From Octopus sinensis (Eukaryota), in the NCBI RefSeq assembly GCF_006345805.1, contig NC_043002.1, positions 8,990,001-9,054,000 of the forward strand: a DNA stretch of 64,000 nucleotides, read 5' to 3'. A program made the position numbers and the translations under genes. This document shows, piece by piece, positions 25,056-38,099 of the stretch. The notes beneath the pieces are model-generated. The model made no database searches and had not been told where the DNA came from. It saw only the letters and a list, made by a program, of their open reading frames with translations. Positions within the stretch are counted from its first letter, which is position 1; every line of letters starts with the position of its first letter.

Positions 25056-25819
25056 CTTGTTTTATTTATATTCCTGAGCGCCATACTAATACAATTGTTT
25101 GTTTGTATTCCACCTGCCTTCGTCTTTTGTTTATTTTCATAAGTTTCCCGTTATATATATATATATATATATGTATATATAGATATATATATATATATAT
25201 ATCTATATATATATATATATAGATTATATATATATATATATATATTGTATATACATATGTATATATAGATATGTATATAATTATATAGTGTATTATATAT
25301 ATATATATATATGTGTGTGTGTGGTGTGTGTGGTTGTGTGGTTGTATATATATTTTCATTATCAATTAAAGAAATTAGATTAAATTATAGAATTTTAGCT
25401 TTATTTTTTTTATTATATTATGTAATTACGTATTTAGTATTTAAATTATTTAGACTTTAAATTTTTCCAGTAAATGGTATATTAAAGTTAATTTTTTTTC
25501 TTTATTCTCCAGCTAAAATACATTGTAATTTAATAGCTTAAATACATTATTTCTATCTAATTTTTCTATAAATTCTATTTACGCCATATTTTCACGCGAT
25601 ATATTTTTAATAAACGCTAAGTTCTACGTATTACGTTTATTTTTTAGTTAACGAAAATCTTTCGATAAGATATAAGTTATTTTTTATTTTAAGAAAATAC
25701 TGTTAAATGCTTTTCGGTTATGTATAGTTATATACACATGGTCTTTTAATATTTATTTGATAATTAGTATAAGTTAAGATAAGTACATTTATTCTTTTTT
25801 TTTTTATTATTATTATTTT

Positions 25820-25939
25820 AGACCTGAGGTGTGACTATATTTTTAAATAGAATTAATTTTAGTTCGATTTAATTTTAAATCGAATTGATTGTAAAATTAT
25901 CATCTATTTGGAAATGTAGCCACGAAACGCGCGTAGTCT
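25820..25939 (+). ncRNA. Hammerhead-like fold with long stem II, degenerate A9
   Basis: AGAC-CUGAGGU-GUGACUAUAUUU...AAAUGUAGCCAC-GAAA-CGCGCG-UA-GUCU. Confidence 0.5.
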
Positions 25940-26109
25940 TTTTATTACTATTTACTATTTATTGTACTTTATTGAATTTTAGAATAAGATTTTTATAGTA
26001 TATGTTTTCTATATGGTGTGATTAATATCTTTCATTATTGAATTGTTTAATAGAGGTTTTTTCTAAATTATATAAATTATATACATACATACACACACAC
26101 ACACACACT

Positions 26110-26165
<56 letters not shown>

Positions 26166-26404
26166 TAGGCGTAGGAGTGGCTGTGTAGTAAGTAGCTTGC
26201 TTACCAACCACATGGTCCCGGGTTCAGTCCCACTGCGTGGCACCTTGGGCAAGTGTCGTCTACTATACCCTCGGGTCGACCAAAGCCTTGTGAGTAGATT
26301 TGGTAGACGAAAACTGAAAGAAGCCCGTCGTATATATATGTATATATATATGTATGTTTGTATGTATGTATGTATGTATGTATGTATGTATGTATGTATG
26401 TATG

Positions 26405-26463
<59 letters not shown>

Positions 26464-26623
26464 GTTTCTGTGTCTGTGTTTGTCCCGCAACATCACTTGA
26501 CAACCGATGCTGGTGTGTTTACGTACCCGTAACTTAGCGGTTCGGCAATAGTACTAGGCTTTGCTCGACTAAAGGTGGTGCTCCAGCATGGCCACAGTCA
26601 AATGACAGAAACAAGTAAAAGAG
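26166..26623 (+). mobile_element. SINE-B with expanded internal microsatellite and internal deletion
   Basis: Head and tail match family B. Confidence 0.88.
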
Positions 26624-26649
26624 TAATATATATATGGCCATTGAATGTC

Positions 26650-27410
26650 CGTTTTCTCTTTATGATAGTATTCAGCAGTCTTTTCTGGCACTTCATCTTG
26701 TGAACGACCCACTCATTTCGTCCGTCCATCTTACTTTGAGAATTCCTCTGAAACATCATTGTTCAAATGCTTCGATTTTCCTCTTATCATTTTTCCTTAT
26801 CCAGCATTCAGTTCCATAAGTGGTTATGCTGAATATCAATGAATTGAGGAGTCGTTTCTTTCTTTTCTTTGCGAGGTGATGGCCTCATTCTTCCATATAC
26901 TGCTCGTTGATATCATGGCATTCTTGACTATGCCAAGTCTTCTCTTGAAGTTACGGATACCACTGTACTCATTGGTAATAAGAGTACCTGGGTACACAAA
27001 TTCTTTTACGTTTTCGATACTTTCATTGCTCATTGTTATGCAATCTTGTTCATTATACGTGGTACTTTTAGTTATTTTCATTACTTTTGCTTTTGGTGGG
27101 GTTTAGATGAGCCCAACTTGAGTACTTGTATGAGTACTATATTGTCTACATACCTCAGATTTGTAATGACCTTATCACTAATTTTTCTTCTTCCAGTGAA
27201 ACCATACTGCACGTATTGCATTATTGTCTCGAAATACATATTAAAAGAGTGCGAAAAAGGATGCAGCCCAGTTCAGTTTTAATTGCTTTCTTGACTTCAG
27301 AGTAGAGGGGATGGGGTTCATTGGTGTCAAGAAGATTGTGTAAATGGCAGTACCAGTGTTGTCATTCTTCTTATAAAGGTCGTTGCATTATTGCTTCCAT
27401 CTTTCTTTCT
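26650..27410 (-). mobile_element. Decayed RTE LINE pieces
   Basis: IENVKEFVYPGTLIT..RRLGIVKNAM..SIWK motif; other parts only weakly readable. Confidence 0.6.
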
Positions 27411-27519
27411 TTCTTTCTTTCTTTCTTTTTTCTGTCTGCCTCTCTCTCCATATCGCAATCTCTCTAAATGTATACAGGAGGAAACGGCCGAATAAAGATG
27501 TCTCAAAAATGTATAAGTG

Positions 27520-28790
27520 TAGAATTGAAATTATTCCTGGGAGGCTGGTAAATTGCTGATGGGATCAATCCAAATAATATGATAATGGCAGCTCTAAAGA
27601 GCAATATCTACATAAGGACCACCGCTCAGATAGAGTGGAAGAAACAAGATTTCATCTGCTGCTATGCTCTCATCAGACCCCACATTAGCATCCTTGACAC
27701 CATCTTTAAATAGAAACGCGAAAAAGATGACGAGGATAGAGACACTGATGTGAATGACAGATATTTCCCTGGTCCTACTGATCCACAGGGGGACACAGAT
27801 GAAAACCAGGAAGGAGAAACCTACCAAGAAAGGAGACACCAGTACTAATGGCCCTATGATCACTAATGTGAGCAACCAAAGAGATGAAAGGGCTAAAAAA
27901 TGAAAAAAAGGTAAAAGGAACAGTAAATGATGAAAAACGCCTCTGACAATCACACAAATAACAAAAGAAAAAAAACAAGAGAGCCCCCCACGAAAAACAA
28001 CTAAGAAAAGAGAGAAGTTAGACAAGAGACAATACGCGAAGGTACAAATAGTCAGAGAGTGCACACATGTGTATAAATTCTATTTGTGCAGTATCTGTTG
28101 GCACGGAGATGATGGCACAAATAGCTACTTCCTACACTCAAAACCATACTACAGGCAGGACAAGCATTTCTCTTGAAAGGGACCAAAGAATAAAGAAAGA
28201 CCTCAGAGGGGAAAAGGTCGTGCATCACCTGCATCAAAACGAAAATATGCTGATGTAGTGCAAACAACCCCCAGTAGCCAGTCCTATCCAGATGCCGTCA
28301 TAAGGGTTGCAGCTGAGCAACAGTCTTATGCAGAGCAGAAAAGATTGTACAACTGACCTGGCTATATCAATTCCAGGGCCCGAGCCATCCCCACCAGCAC
28401 TCGACCGCCACACCCAATAGATCCAGGGTGGGCACTACCGGCATCAGCATAGATGTCTCACCAATATTCTCTTTGAATATTAGAGGACTGTTACGACTCA
28501 GTAACAGAACAAAAATTCCCTTCTTGAGAGGCCTTGTGGAATTCAGTCAAGCCTTATGCATAGAACTCACCAAGACGCACCTAAAACCCAACATCGCAGG
28601 TGCAGAAATACATGGCCCAAAGTATGTTGTACTGCAAGGCAACAGAAAAGGCAGGAGTCATGGTGGAGCTGCAATGTACATCCAGGAAGATCTCACACCC
28701 CAGATCCTTCTGTAACACTCACACTCGGTGTGTGATACACTAATTGTACGTATAGGACAGCTCAACATAGTTATATCATATCTCCCTGAG
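27520..28790 (+). mobile_element. CR1-group LINE 5' part (ORF1-like region plus APE endonuclease start)
   Basis: SLNIRGL...IELTKTHL...NRKGRSHGGAAMYI APE motifs at about 28450-28790. Confidence 0.7.
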
Positions 28791-29100
28791 AAAGTATATT
28801 TGCAAAATTTCGTAACTGTATGACTGTATAAAGATTCATTGTATCACTAGTCAATATAGAGTGAATGTTAAATAGATTGGAATGTGTTTATATTCACTTG
28901 TAAAGATAGGAAGGAAAACAGAAAGAAAAAAGATAGAAAAAAAGAAAAAAAAGAAAATAGAGAGAAAAAAGAGAGTAAAAAATAAAGAGAAAAAAATACA
29001 CTTTCTCTGGGAGATATGATATACCTATTATAATAGGTAATACTACATGTACTTTTCATAATTTTTATAGTGTGATGTAACTCTTTGGAATAACAATGTT

Positions 29101-29194
29101 TGCGGCCGAGGAGAGCTTTAAACCATCTTTTATATCAATTATACACTGATGTAAGAAAGGGGTCGTTTATAAAGCTTGAAACACGTGTACCCCG
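29101..29194 (+). ncRNA. Hammerhead-like fold, CCGAGGA core
   Basis: 8-bp stem II GAGCUUUA/UAAAGCUU, GAAA, palindromic stem III ACACGUGU, GUA site; weak stem I. Confidence 0.5.
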
Positions 29195-29253
29195 ATATCC
29201 TTTGTGTCCTGTTTTTGATTTTATTTGATATATATATATATATATACATATAT

Positions 29254-29577
29254 ACTCTTTTACTTGTTTGAGAAAATCGACCCCAGGACTTATTCTTTGT
29301 AAGCCTAGAACTTATTCTATCGGCTCTCTTGCCGAACCGCTAAGTTACGGGGACGTAAACACACCACCATCGGTTGTCAAGCGATGTTGGGGGACAAACA
29401 CACACACACATATATACGACGGGCTTCTTTCAGTTTCCGTCTACCAAATCCACCCAGAAGGCTTTGGTCGGCCCGAGGCTATAGTAGAAGACACTTGCCC
29501 AAGGTGCCACGCAGTGGGACTGAACCCGGGACCATGTGGTTCGTAAGCAAGCTACTTACAACACAGCCACTCCTGCG

Positions 29578-29582
<5 letters not shown>
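29254..29582 (-). mobile_element. SINE-B
   Basis: Inverted family B with 3' deletion. Confidence 0.88.
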
Positions 29583-29628
<46 letters not shown>

Positions 29629-31259
29629 GGGGAGAATTCACAAAAAAAAAAAACGAAGAGTATTAGTATAACGCTTGGGAAGTGAAAAAGTCTTTAACGT
29701 TTCGAGCCTACGCTCTTCCACAGAAAGGGACACAAAAAAACAAGGAGAGAAAATAAAGAATGTGTAGTGGTTAGCGATCTATCATGGCGAAGGCCGGAGA
29801 GAAGGGTCACATTATTATTACTGTTTTTTGTATTTATATTCGTATTACTTTTTGTTTTTTGTATTTATATTCGTGTAACATCGTCCGTTTTTCTGTCCTT
29901 GTTTCGTATACATTCGACCCTTTTTCCAAGAAATCTAATGCTCGTAGCTTAGTTTTTCCTTGGGGCTGGCCAGATCGGAGCAATCTCAAGATTAATCAGC
30001 CGAAATTGCGAGGATGATCCGGTTCTTCACTGAAGATCAGAGGCTTCGAATTTTGTATCCGTTTTTTGTATCGTCTATTTGAATGTTTTGCATTCTTGTC
30101 CCATTTTGTGTGTGTATATATTTTTTATACATATATTATTGCGGCGTACGTACACCTTGTTCTCTTATATATATATCGTCTACTAAATCAACTACAAGGC
30201 TTTGGTCGGCTTGAGGCTATAGTAGAAGACACTTGCTCAAGGTGCCATGCAGTGGGACTGAACCCGGAATGTGTGATTGGGAAACAAGCTTCTTACCACA
30301 CAGATACGCCTGGCCTACACATGCATATAAATACAGATTCTGCCTCGGGTACATACATGCATATGTAATTATATGTAGAGAGTGATTTAAGCTAGCTCCT
30401 GCGGGAGGCTCTTTATTGGGCCTTGGGCCCAGTAATGACACTTCATGCATTGAGTACATACTAAATTTTATTAAACTTGACCAATATTTTTCAAGCAATG
30501 AACAATTTTCGTCAAAACAATTATATAATTTGTTGACTTCGAACTTATTGCAAGCTTCATGATAAACAACATTTTTTTGTCTTCCATTCTGGGTCAGTAC
30601 AATTTTTTTTCTGTTTAACCTCTTTCTCTCTCTATCTTTCTGTTGATTGTTTTCAACCATCAACATCACCAGTACAACTACCATCGCTACCACAACTGCC
30701 ATACACACACACCATTCAGACTTTTGACGTCACCACCACCAACACCTTTGACTTCGATGCCTTCCCCGCCACCAAAATCACCATTGTCTTTCACATTCCT
30801 TACTATCACTGTCATGCTTGACCAACTCAACTACCACCACCACCACCACCACCACCACCAAGTACCACTACTATCACCGTCGCCTCCGCCTCTATCACAA
30901 CACATACTATTACTATCACCCATCACCACCCCAACTGTCAATCTATTACCACCCTCACCGTCTCTATACCTACTCTTATTCTTTCCCCAGCAAGATAGGT
31001 AGAAGTGTCAATTGATTTGTGAGAGAAAGGGGTCAACGTGTGATACACTGACACAGAAATTCGTTTAGGCGTTTATTATAGATTACGTTATCATTGATTT
31101 AAGAGTGCAGAACTTAGAACAAATATAGAGTTTATATTTATATGCTTATGTATATAAACCGTCGTTCCATTGGAGCTACCAGCTGCGTGGAGAGGGGACG
31201 GTGATCAAACTGCATGGGCAACAGCTGGTCCCGCATACAAACCTGCCCAGGCCTTGTGG

Positions 31260-31673
31260 CTTAAGTCTACTATATGGATCAGAAACCTGGACGTTATCAA
31301 AGAAGCTTGAGAGGCGGTTGGATGGAACCTACACTCGCCTCCTTATGAGAACTCAAAATCTCTCGTGGAAGCGTCATCCAACCAAAATGCAAATATATGG
31401 GAAACTACCACCTGTGTCCTCTCTTGTGAAGGGTAGGAGAGTCCAGTTTGCTGGACATTGTTGTAGATCTGAAAACGAGGCAATTTCTACTCTTCTCCTC
31501 TGGAAGCCATCTGCTCGCAATACCAGAGGGCGCACACTCTCCTACCCTTATGTAATCTCCAGGGATACAGGCACCCAGCAACAGGGCCTCCGTAATGCCA
31601 TGATGGACCGTGAAGTCTGGTTTAGCATGGTAAATTCCATTGTCTCGACCACGGTCGAACAATGATGATGATG
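31260..31673 (+). mobile_element. 5'-truncated RTE-like LINE family F
   Basis: LLYGSETWTLSKKLERRLDGTYTRLL..RRVQFAGHC; (TGA)n tail. Confidence 0.88.
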
Positions 31674-31887
31674 AGCAGTATCGTCAGATTCTGACACAAC
31701 ACGGGAAGGGACAGTTACCGGTGATAAGCTCAATCCGATTGGCGAAGGAAACGAGCACCAGGGGTCACCTCTGTTGGTCTGCACATCCACACCAGGAAGT
31801 GCAGATAAACCTACCACCTTTTCCGAGCTACACCATCGTCCCTCGAGACGGGCGGATGCCGACGATAAACCGAGAATGGCCATGATG

Positions 31888-33312
31888 GTGAAGGCGCATG
31901 ACTTGGTGGTTAGTGGGTATTCGGCTCACAGTTGTAAGGTGTTGAGTTCGATTCCCGGCGGAGCGTTGTGTCCTTTATTATACGTTGCTCCAATTCACTC
32001 AGCTGCTAAAAATGAGTAGCATCTGTGGATCTTTACCTTTTGACCGACAGATTTAGAAAATAATTTTTTGTGACTAAACACTTTCAAACTTCGTATACTA
32101 GTAGAATGTGTCATATAAAACATCTTTTTCTCTTAGCGTTTTTGAGAAAAGCTTATATTTAGAAAGTTATTTCACGTTAAAGTAGAAGAAATTTAGAAGA
32201 AAGAGTAAGTTGTCATTATAGTACTCGGAGTTTCGAATGTCGGAGCGAAGAGCTACGAAGCATTCTCGTCGGCTATCTTTTTTTTTTATCTAGCACTCCG
32301 TCACTTACGAGAACGAGGGTTCTAGTTGATCCGATTAACAGAACACCCTGCTCGTGAAATAAACGTGCAAATGGCTGAGCATTCCACATACCCGAGTACC
32401 CGGATCGTTACCTTTTGACCGACAGATTTAGAAAATAATTTTTTGTGACTAAACACTTTCAAACTTTGTATACTGGTAGAATGTGTCATATAAAATATCT
32501 TTTACTGTTAGCGTTTTTGAGAAAAGCTTATATTTAGGAAGTTATTTCGTTTTAAAGTTCTCGTATTTCGTTAATTTCAACCAATCAATGACATGTATTC
32601 AGCTGAATAAAATTACTGCTGTTGTTTGTCAACAACAACTATCGGTGGTGTATATTTCGTTTGTCACTGTTATTCATGAGATCGTTCGTGCGTTTGTACA
32701 GGTTTTAGCTTTAAGGTTTCAGGGTTAGGATTTTAGGGTTAGGGTTAGGGTTAGGATTTTAGGGTTTGGGTTAGGGTTTGGGTTAGGGTTTTAGGGTTAG
32801 GGTTAGGATTTTAGGGTTAGGGTTAGGGTTTTAGAGTTAGGGTTTTAGTGTTAGGGTTAGGGTTAAGGTTTTAGGGTTACGGTTAAGGTTTTAGGGTTAG
32901 GGTTAGGGGTTTAGGGTTAGGGTTGTCATAAATAACAGTGACAAACGAAATATAGACCGTCGGAAGTTCTTGTTGACAAACAACAGTAGTAATTTTATTC
33001 AGCTGAATACACGTCATTGATTGGTTGAAATTACCGAAATACTACAACTTTAGCGTGAAATAACTTCCTAAATATAGGCTTTTCTCAAAAACGCTAAGAG
33101 TAAAAGATGTTTTATATGACACATTCTACCAGTATACAAAGTTTGAAAGTATTTAGTTACAAAAAATTATTTTCTAAATCTGTCGGTCAAAAGGTAACGA
33201 TCCGGGTACTCGGGTATGTGGAGTGCTCAGCCATTTGCATGTTTATTTCACGAGCAGGGTGTTCTGTTAATCGGATCAACTAGAACCCTCGTTCTCGTAA
33301 GAGACGGAGAGC
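31888..33312 (+). mobile_element. SINE-E head (31888-32026) and tail (33204-33312) separated by a MITE rearrangement
   Basis: Both parts match the 1272-1597 element in the same orientation. Confidence 0.7.
32402..33203. mobile_element. Long-TIR MITE related to family M with a central (TTAGGG)n array
   Basis: About 275-bp arms starting GGATCGTTACCTTTTGACCG; degenerate TTAGGG tract at 32701-32924. Confidence 0.88.
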
Positions 33313-33325
33313 TAAATAAAAGAAG

Positions 33326-33384
33326 ATAGCCGACGAGAATGCATCGTAGCTCTTCGCTCCGACATTCGAAACTCCGAGTACTAT
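33326..33384 (+). ncRNA. Type I hammerhead fold, CCGACGA core (inverted copy at 32218-32276)
   Basis: AUAG-CCGACGA-GAAUG...CAUUC-GAAA-CUCCGAG-UA-CUAU. Confidence 0.7.
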
Positions 33385-33475
33385 AATGACAACATTTAAC
33401 TGTTTGTTCTAAATTATACCATATATGAATAATCCTCTATTTACCTAATATCGAGGTCTCGTTCTTTTGTTGTTA

Positions 33476-34063
33476 AGTGTGTGGAAAACGAATATGAAAA
33501 AAAAAATGCGCGCTGACGTCCCTGGGGTGGGTGTGGAAGGGACTTTCGGAAAATTCACAAGATCCGATTTTTCCGTCATAACTTCGGGTAAAATGGATAT
33601 ATATTGATTTTTTTTTTTCGGAATCCCACGTTTTAGGTTATGGAAGATCCGATTCTGAAAAAAAAATTTCAAAAATCGCATTTTCAAATACGAAGATTAC
33701 GATTCTGAAAACAAGTTGTTTGTAAAATTTCAATTTTTCAACAATTAGAAAGAAAAAAAAAGAATATATACCCTCAGGCCTTCAAGCAGGCTGTCCACAT
33801 GCTAGAAATAACAGCTAAATCCCACAAAACTGCGATAACATAATTAAATTTTGAAAATGCGATTTTTGATAATTGTTTTTTTCAGAATCGGATCCTCCAT
33901 AACCAAAACGTGGGATTCCGTAAAAACAAAAAAATCAATATATATCCATTTTACCCCAATTTATGACGGAAAAATCGGATCTTGTGAATTTTCCGAAAGT
34001 CCCCTCCTCACCCTCAGGGTCGTCAGCGCGCATTTGTTTTTTCATATTCGTTTTCCACACACT
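33476..34063. mobile_element. Foldback/MITE with about 210-bp inverted arms
   Basis: AGTGTGTGGAAAACG...GCATTTTCAAA matches its revcomp at 33846-34063; no TSD seen. Confidence 0.8.
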
Positions 34064-34346
34064 ACCTCCTAGGCTGGTTAATTTGTTTTTTTTTGTTCCC
34101 GGGTGAAGATCTTTATATTGACCGAAGACACTTGCTCAAGGTGCCACGCAGTGGGACTGAACCCGAAACCATGTGGTTGGTAAGTAAGCTTGACACTTGT
34201 ACCTCTTTGTGTTACTCATATTTTATTCACCAATCCTTGAATCTACGCTTCGTAAATATTCATGGTAGTATTACCATGTATTGATAATTTTCTTATGGAT
34301 TTTATTGTAACCGCTCTGTACTCTTAGTTTATTACTATAGATTTTA

Positions 34347-34744
34347 CTAGCAGTATCGCCCGCGTTGCTCGGGTTTGTAAGGGAAATAACTATATAAGCA
34401 TTTTTAGAGAGTTATAGCCAAAAAATAGCAAAAAAATGCATTAAAAATGGGAAAAATATTATGGTAATTTTTTTTTTTAATCGTTGACTCATCGTAGACA
34501 TTTTTAGAGAGTTACTTCCCTTATATAATAGCAAAAAAATGCATTAAAAATGGGGAAAATATGATGGTAATTTTTTTTTAATCGTAGACTCATCGTAGAC
34601 GCGTGCTAATACTCAGAAGGGCTCGATATGAATCACGACTATAAGATACCCGCTTTTGGTTACACTGCACCGCAAAATGTGGGAGTAGTTAGGAATCTAA
34701 ATCGTAGGAGACAGACAGCACAACCTTATCTTTATATATAAAGA
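34347..34744 (-). mobile_element. Non-autonomous Helitron family H
   Basis: Minus strand starts TC and ends CCCGAGCAACGCGGGCGATACTGCTAG, between A and T. Confidence 0.85.
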
Positions 34745-34818
34745 TATTGAGTAATATTTCTTTGTAAACTTGAAAATTCAGTTCATCACGATACAGAGTA
34801 AGCGATTTTAAATATTCA

Positions 34819-35355
34819 AGAGTGGCTGTGTGGTAAGTAGCTTGCTTACCAACTAACTACATGGTTCAGGGTTCAGTCCCACTGCGTGACACCTTGGGCA
34901 AGTGTCTTCTCGGCCATCCAAAGTGTTGTGAGTGGATTTGGTAGACGGAAACTGAAAAGAAGCCCGTCGTATGCAGATGTTTGTGTGTCTGTCTCTCCTC
35001 ACCCCCCGACATCGCTTAACAACCAATGCTGGTGTGTTTACATCCCCGTAACTTATCGCTTCAGCATAAGAGACCGATAGAACAGGTACTAGGCTTAGAG
35101 AGAATAAGTCCTAGAGTCGATTTGCTCGACTAAAGGTGGTGCTCCAGCATGGCCACAGTCAAATGACTATTTTTGATATAAAGTACATGTCTGGATAACT
35201 AAGAGTCGGATTTCTTCACTCAGCTGGGTCGCAAGAATATCACGTGGCCGGCACTTATGCACCCAGTTTGATATTCACTTAATATTGTTGAGTATGCACG
35301 TTACTCAGATCTAACAAGGTGCCTCAATTTAAGTACCTAATTAAACTGAATATTA

Positions 35356-35392
<37 letters not shown>

Positions 35393-36032
35393 TACCTAGT
35401 CGCAAGTGTAAACAGAAGCGAACAAACGGGTGTGTGTAATAGTTGTGTAGGATTTATCAACTATAAGTGATAAATTCTACACATAGGCGCAGAGTGGCTG
35501 TGTGGTAAGTAGCTTGCTTACCAACCACATGGTTTGGGTTCAGTCCCACTGCGTGGCACCTTGGGCAAGTGTCTTCTACTATAGAATCGGGCCGACCAAA
35601 GCCTTGTGAGTGGATTTGGTAGACGGAAACGGAAAGAAGCCGGTCGTATTATATATATTTATATATATATTATATATATATATATATATATATGTGTGTA
35701 CGGGTGATGTGTAATTATAAATTTGTTATTCTTGTGCCTGTATGTCTATCATTATTTTTGTCGAACCACGATGTGTATACATTTTTTGGGACACCTGTAT
35801 ATGTTATGTATGCGTGTATATGTTTGTGTGTCTGTGTTTGTCCCCCCAACATCACTTGACAACCGATGCTGGTGTGTTTATGTCCCCGTAACTTAGTGGT
35901 TCGGCAAAAGTTCCCAATAGAATAAGTACTAAGCTTACAAAGAATAAGTCCTGGGGGTCGATTTGATCGACTAAAAGGCGGTGCTCCAGCATAACCGCAG
36001 TCAAATGACTGAAACAAGTAAAAGAGTAAAAG
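34819..36032 (+). mobile_element. Two SINE-B copies (34819-35170, 35485-36032)
   Basis: Head, CORE-like and tail matches. Confidence 0.88.
35701..35797. mobile_element. 97-bp Tc1/mariner-like mini element inside SINE-B
   Basis: TA-CGGGTG...CACCTG-TA termini; right end revcomp CAGGTGTCCCAAAAAATGTATACAC. Confidence 0.5.
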
Positions 36033-37356
36033 AGTATACCACAAAACCACAAAGGTCTGTGATTATATAAACAAAGCGACAGATTTGAAGAGGAAGCGAA
36101 ATAGATTTTGCTACGTTCAAAACACCTCCAAAGTTTTAAAAGTCTACGTGTTTATAACCAGGACACTTTTTTTTGTTTTTGTCAGAAGTTTAGTTTCAAT
36201 GACTCATTGACACTCGTTAAAAAAAAATGTTGCCATTTATAAGAAACAAAGTGAAAGAACCTAACAATCCAATTATTATAATACTACAAAACAATATAAA
36301 TATATACAAATAAACAAAAATTGTCATTCGTCAACAAGACATGATTATTAAACATTTATATACATATATATATGTACATCTATATATATTATATACATAT
36401 ATATATGTACATCTATAGCTATGGAGATAGGTGCGTATATACAGTGGGTGTGTATGGTTGTATGCGTGCGTGTGTCACATATATCATATATCACTATATA
36501 TTAGATAATATATACATATATCATAATATAACATATATACATATGTATGTATACTATCATATATTATGTATCAAATATTGTATAAAATGTATACGTATAA
36601 TATGTATACAGAGGTATAAACATACCGACATATAATGACTGTGTGTTTAAGTCTCTGTTTGTGTGTGTTAAGATATAAATTTACAAATAAGATTGAATAA
36701 TATAAAAGTATAGTGTAAGAGTGTGGAATAATAGTTTTCTTTTTTTCTCACATTCTTCTTGTGCTGTTCTTATTTCATTCTCTTATTTCATTCGGAAAAT
36801 TGCTTCAAGTATAAAGAAAATACTTAACAAATATTAACTTACCAATATTTTCTCTCTCGTTCCTCCTATGCGATCGCAACTCGACGGGAGTAAATTTAAA
36901 TTAAAGAATAGCGAAGCCGAGTGACAGAAGAAATAAAAATAAAAAAAAGTGCGAGGGAGAAAGAGGAGAGAGAAAAAGAAGGAAGTAGAGCAGGAACGAA
37001 AAAAGAGAGAGAGAGAGAGGGAGGGGGAGAGGGAACAGAAAGAGAGAAAGTGAAGGAGTAACAAAAACAAAATTTAAAAAAATAAGTAGCCGTACTTGTC
37101 CGTTGTGTTTGAGTTCTTTTAACTTTGTGGAGACAAAGCCTGCTTCCAACCCTTTTTGAAACAATAGAAGGAAGATGATGTGTTTTTTTTTGTCTCAGAC
37201 AGAAAGAGAAAGAGAGAGAGAGAGAGAGAGGCAGTGCTAGAACAGAGAAGAAGAACTATCACAATATCAGTCTTATTTAACCAAAACAAAAAAAAGGCGG
37301 AGTTATCTATCAAATCATGAACACTCCTTTTCCAATTAAAAACAAAATAAAAATTA

Positions 37357-37858
37357 TTTCTTCTTCTTCTTCTTCTTCTTCTTCTTCTTCTTCTTCTTCT
37401 TCACTGTCTCTTCTCCTTCTTCTTCTTCTTCTTTTTCTTTTTCTTCTTCTTCTTCTTCTTCTTCTTCTTCTTCTTCACTGTCTCTTCTTCTTCTTCTTCT
37501 TCTTCTTCACTGTCTCTTCTTCTTCTTCTTCTTCTTTTTCTTTTTCTTCTTCTTCTTCTTCTTCTTCTTCTTCACCGTCTCTTCTTCTTCTTCTTCTTCT
37601 TCTTCTTCACCGTCTCTTCTTCTTCTTCTTCTTCTTCTCACTGCTCTTCTTCTTATTCTTCTTCTCTTCTTCACCGTCTCTTCTCTTCTTCTTCTTTTCT
37701 TCTTCACCGTCTCTTCTTCTTCTTCTTCTTCTTCTTCACTGTCTCTTCTTCTTCTCTTTTCTTCTTCTTCTTCTTCACCGTCTTATTCTTCTTCTTCACC
37801 GTTCTCTTCTTCTTATTCTTCTTCTTCTTCTTATTATTATATTATATTATTATATTGT

Positions 37859-37947
<89 letters not shown>
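37357..37947. repeat. Long compound (CTT)n/(CAT)n/(TAT)n microsatellite
   Basis: Direct reading. Confidence 0.97.
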
Positions 37948-37948
<1 letters not shown>

Positions 37949-38099
37949 TTATTGAGCCGTTATATTCTCATCCCACCGCCGCCGCCCCCGCCACCGCAGC
38001 CACATTGATAGGCCTTATAGCAAAAAAAGGAAAAAGAGAAAAGTGAAGAAAATACAAACGAAATGGAAATATTTCCTTTTGCCCACCTCCCCCGCCTTT

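Noticed and set aside
27635-27680. CUGAUGA...GAAA on the minus strand
   Set aside because: Stems I and II do not pair; lies within a LINE coding remnant
29960-30062. Degenerate hammerhead-like pieces (CAGCC-GAAA, CUGAAGA)
   Set aside because: Core and stems cannot be assembled into a consistent fold
32701-32924. True telomere or chromosome fusion site
   Set aside because: Short, degenerate, single orientation and enclosed by TIRs
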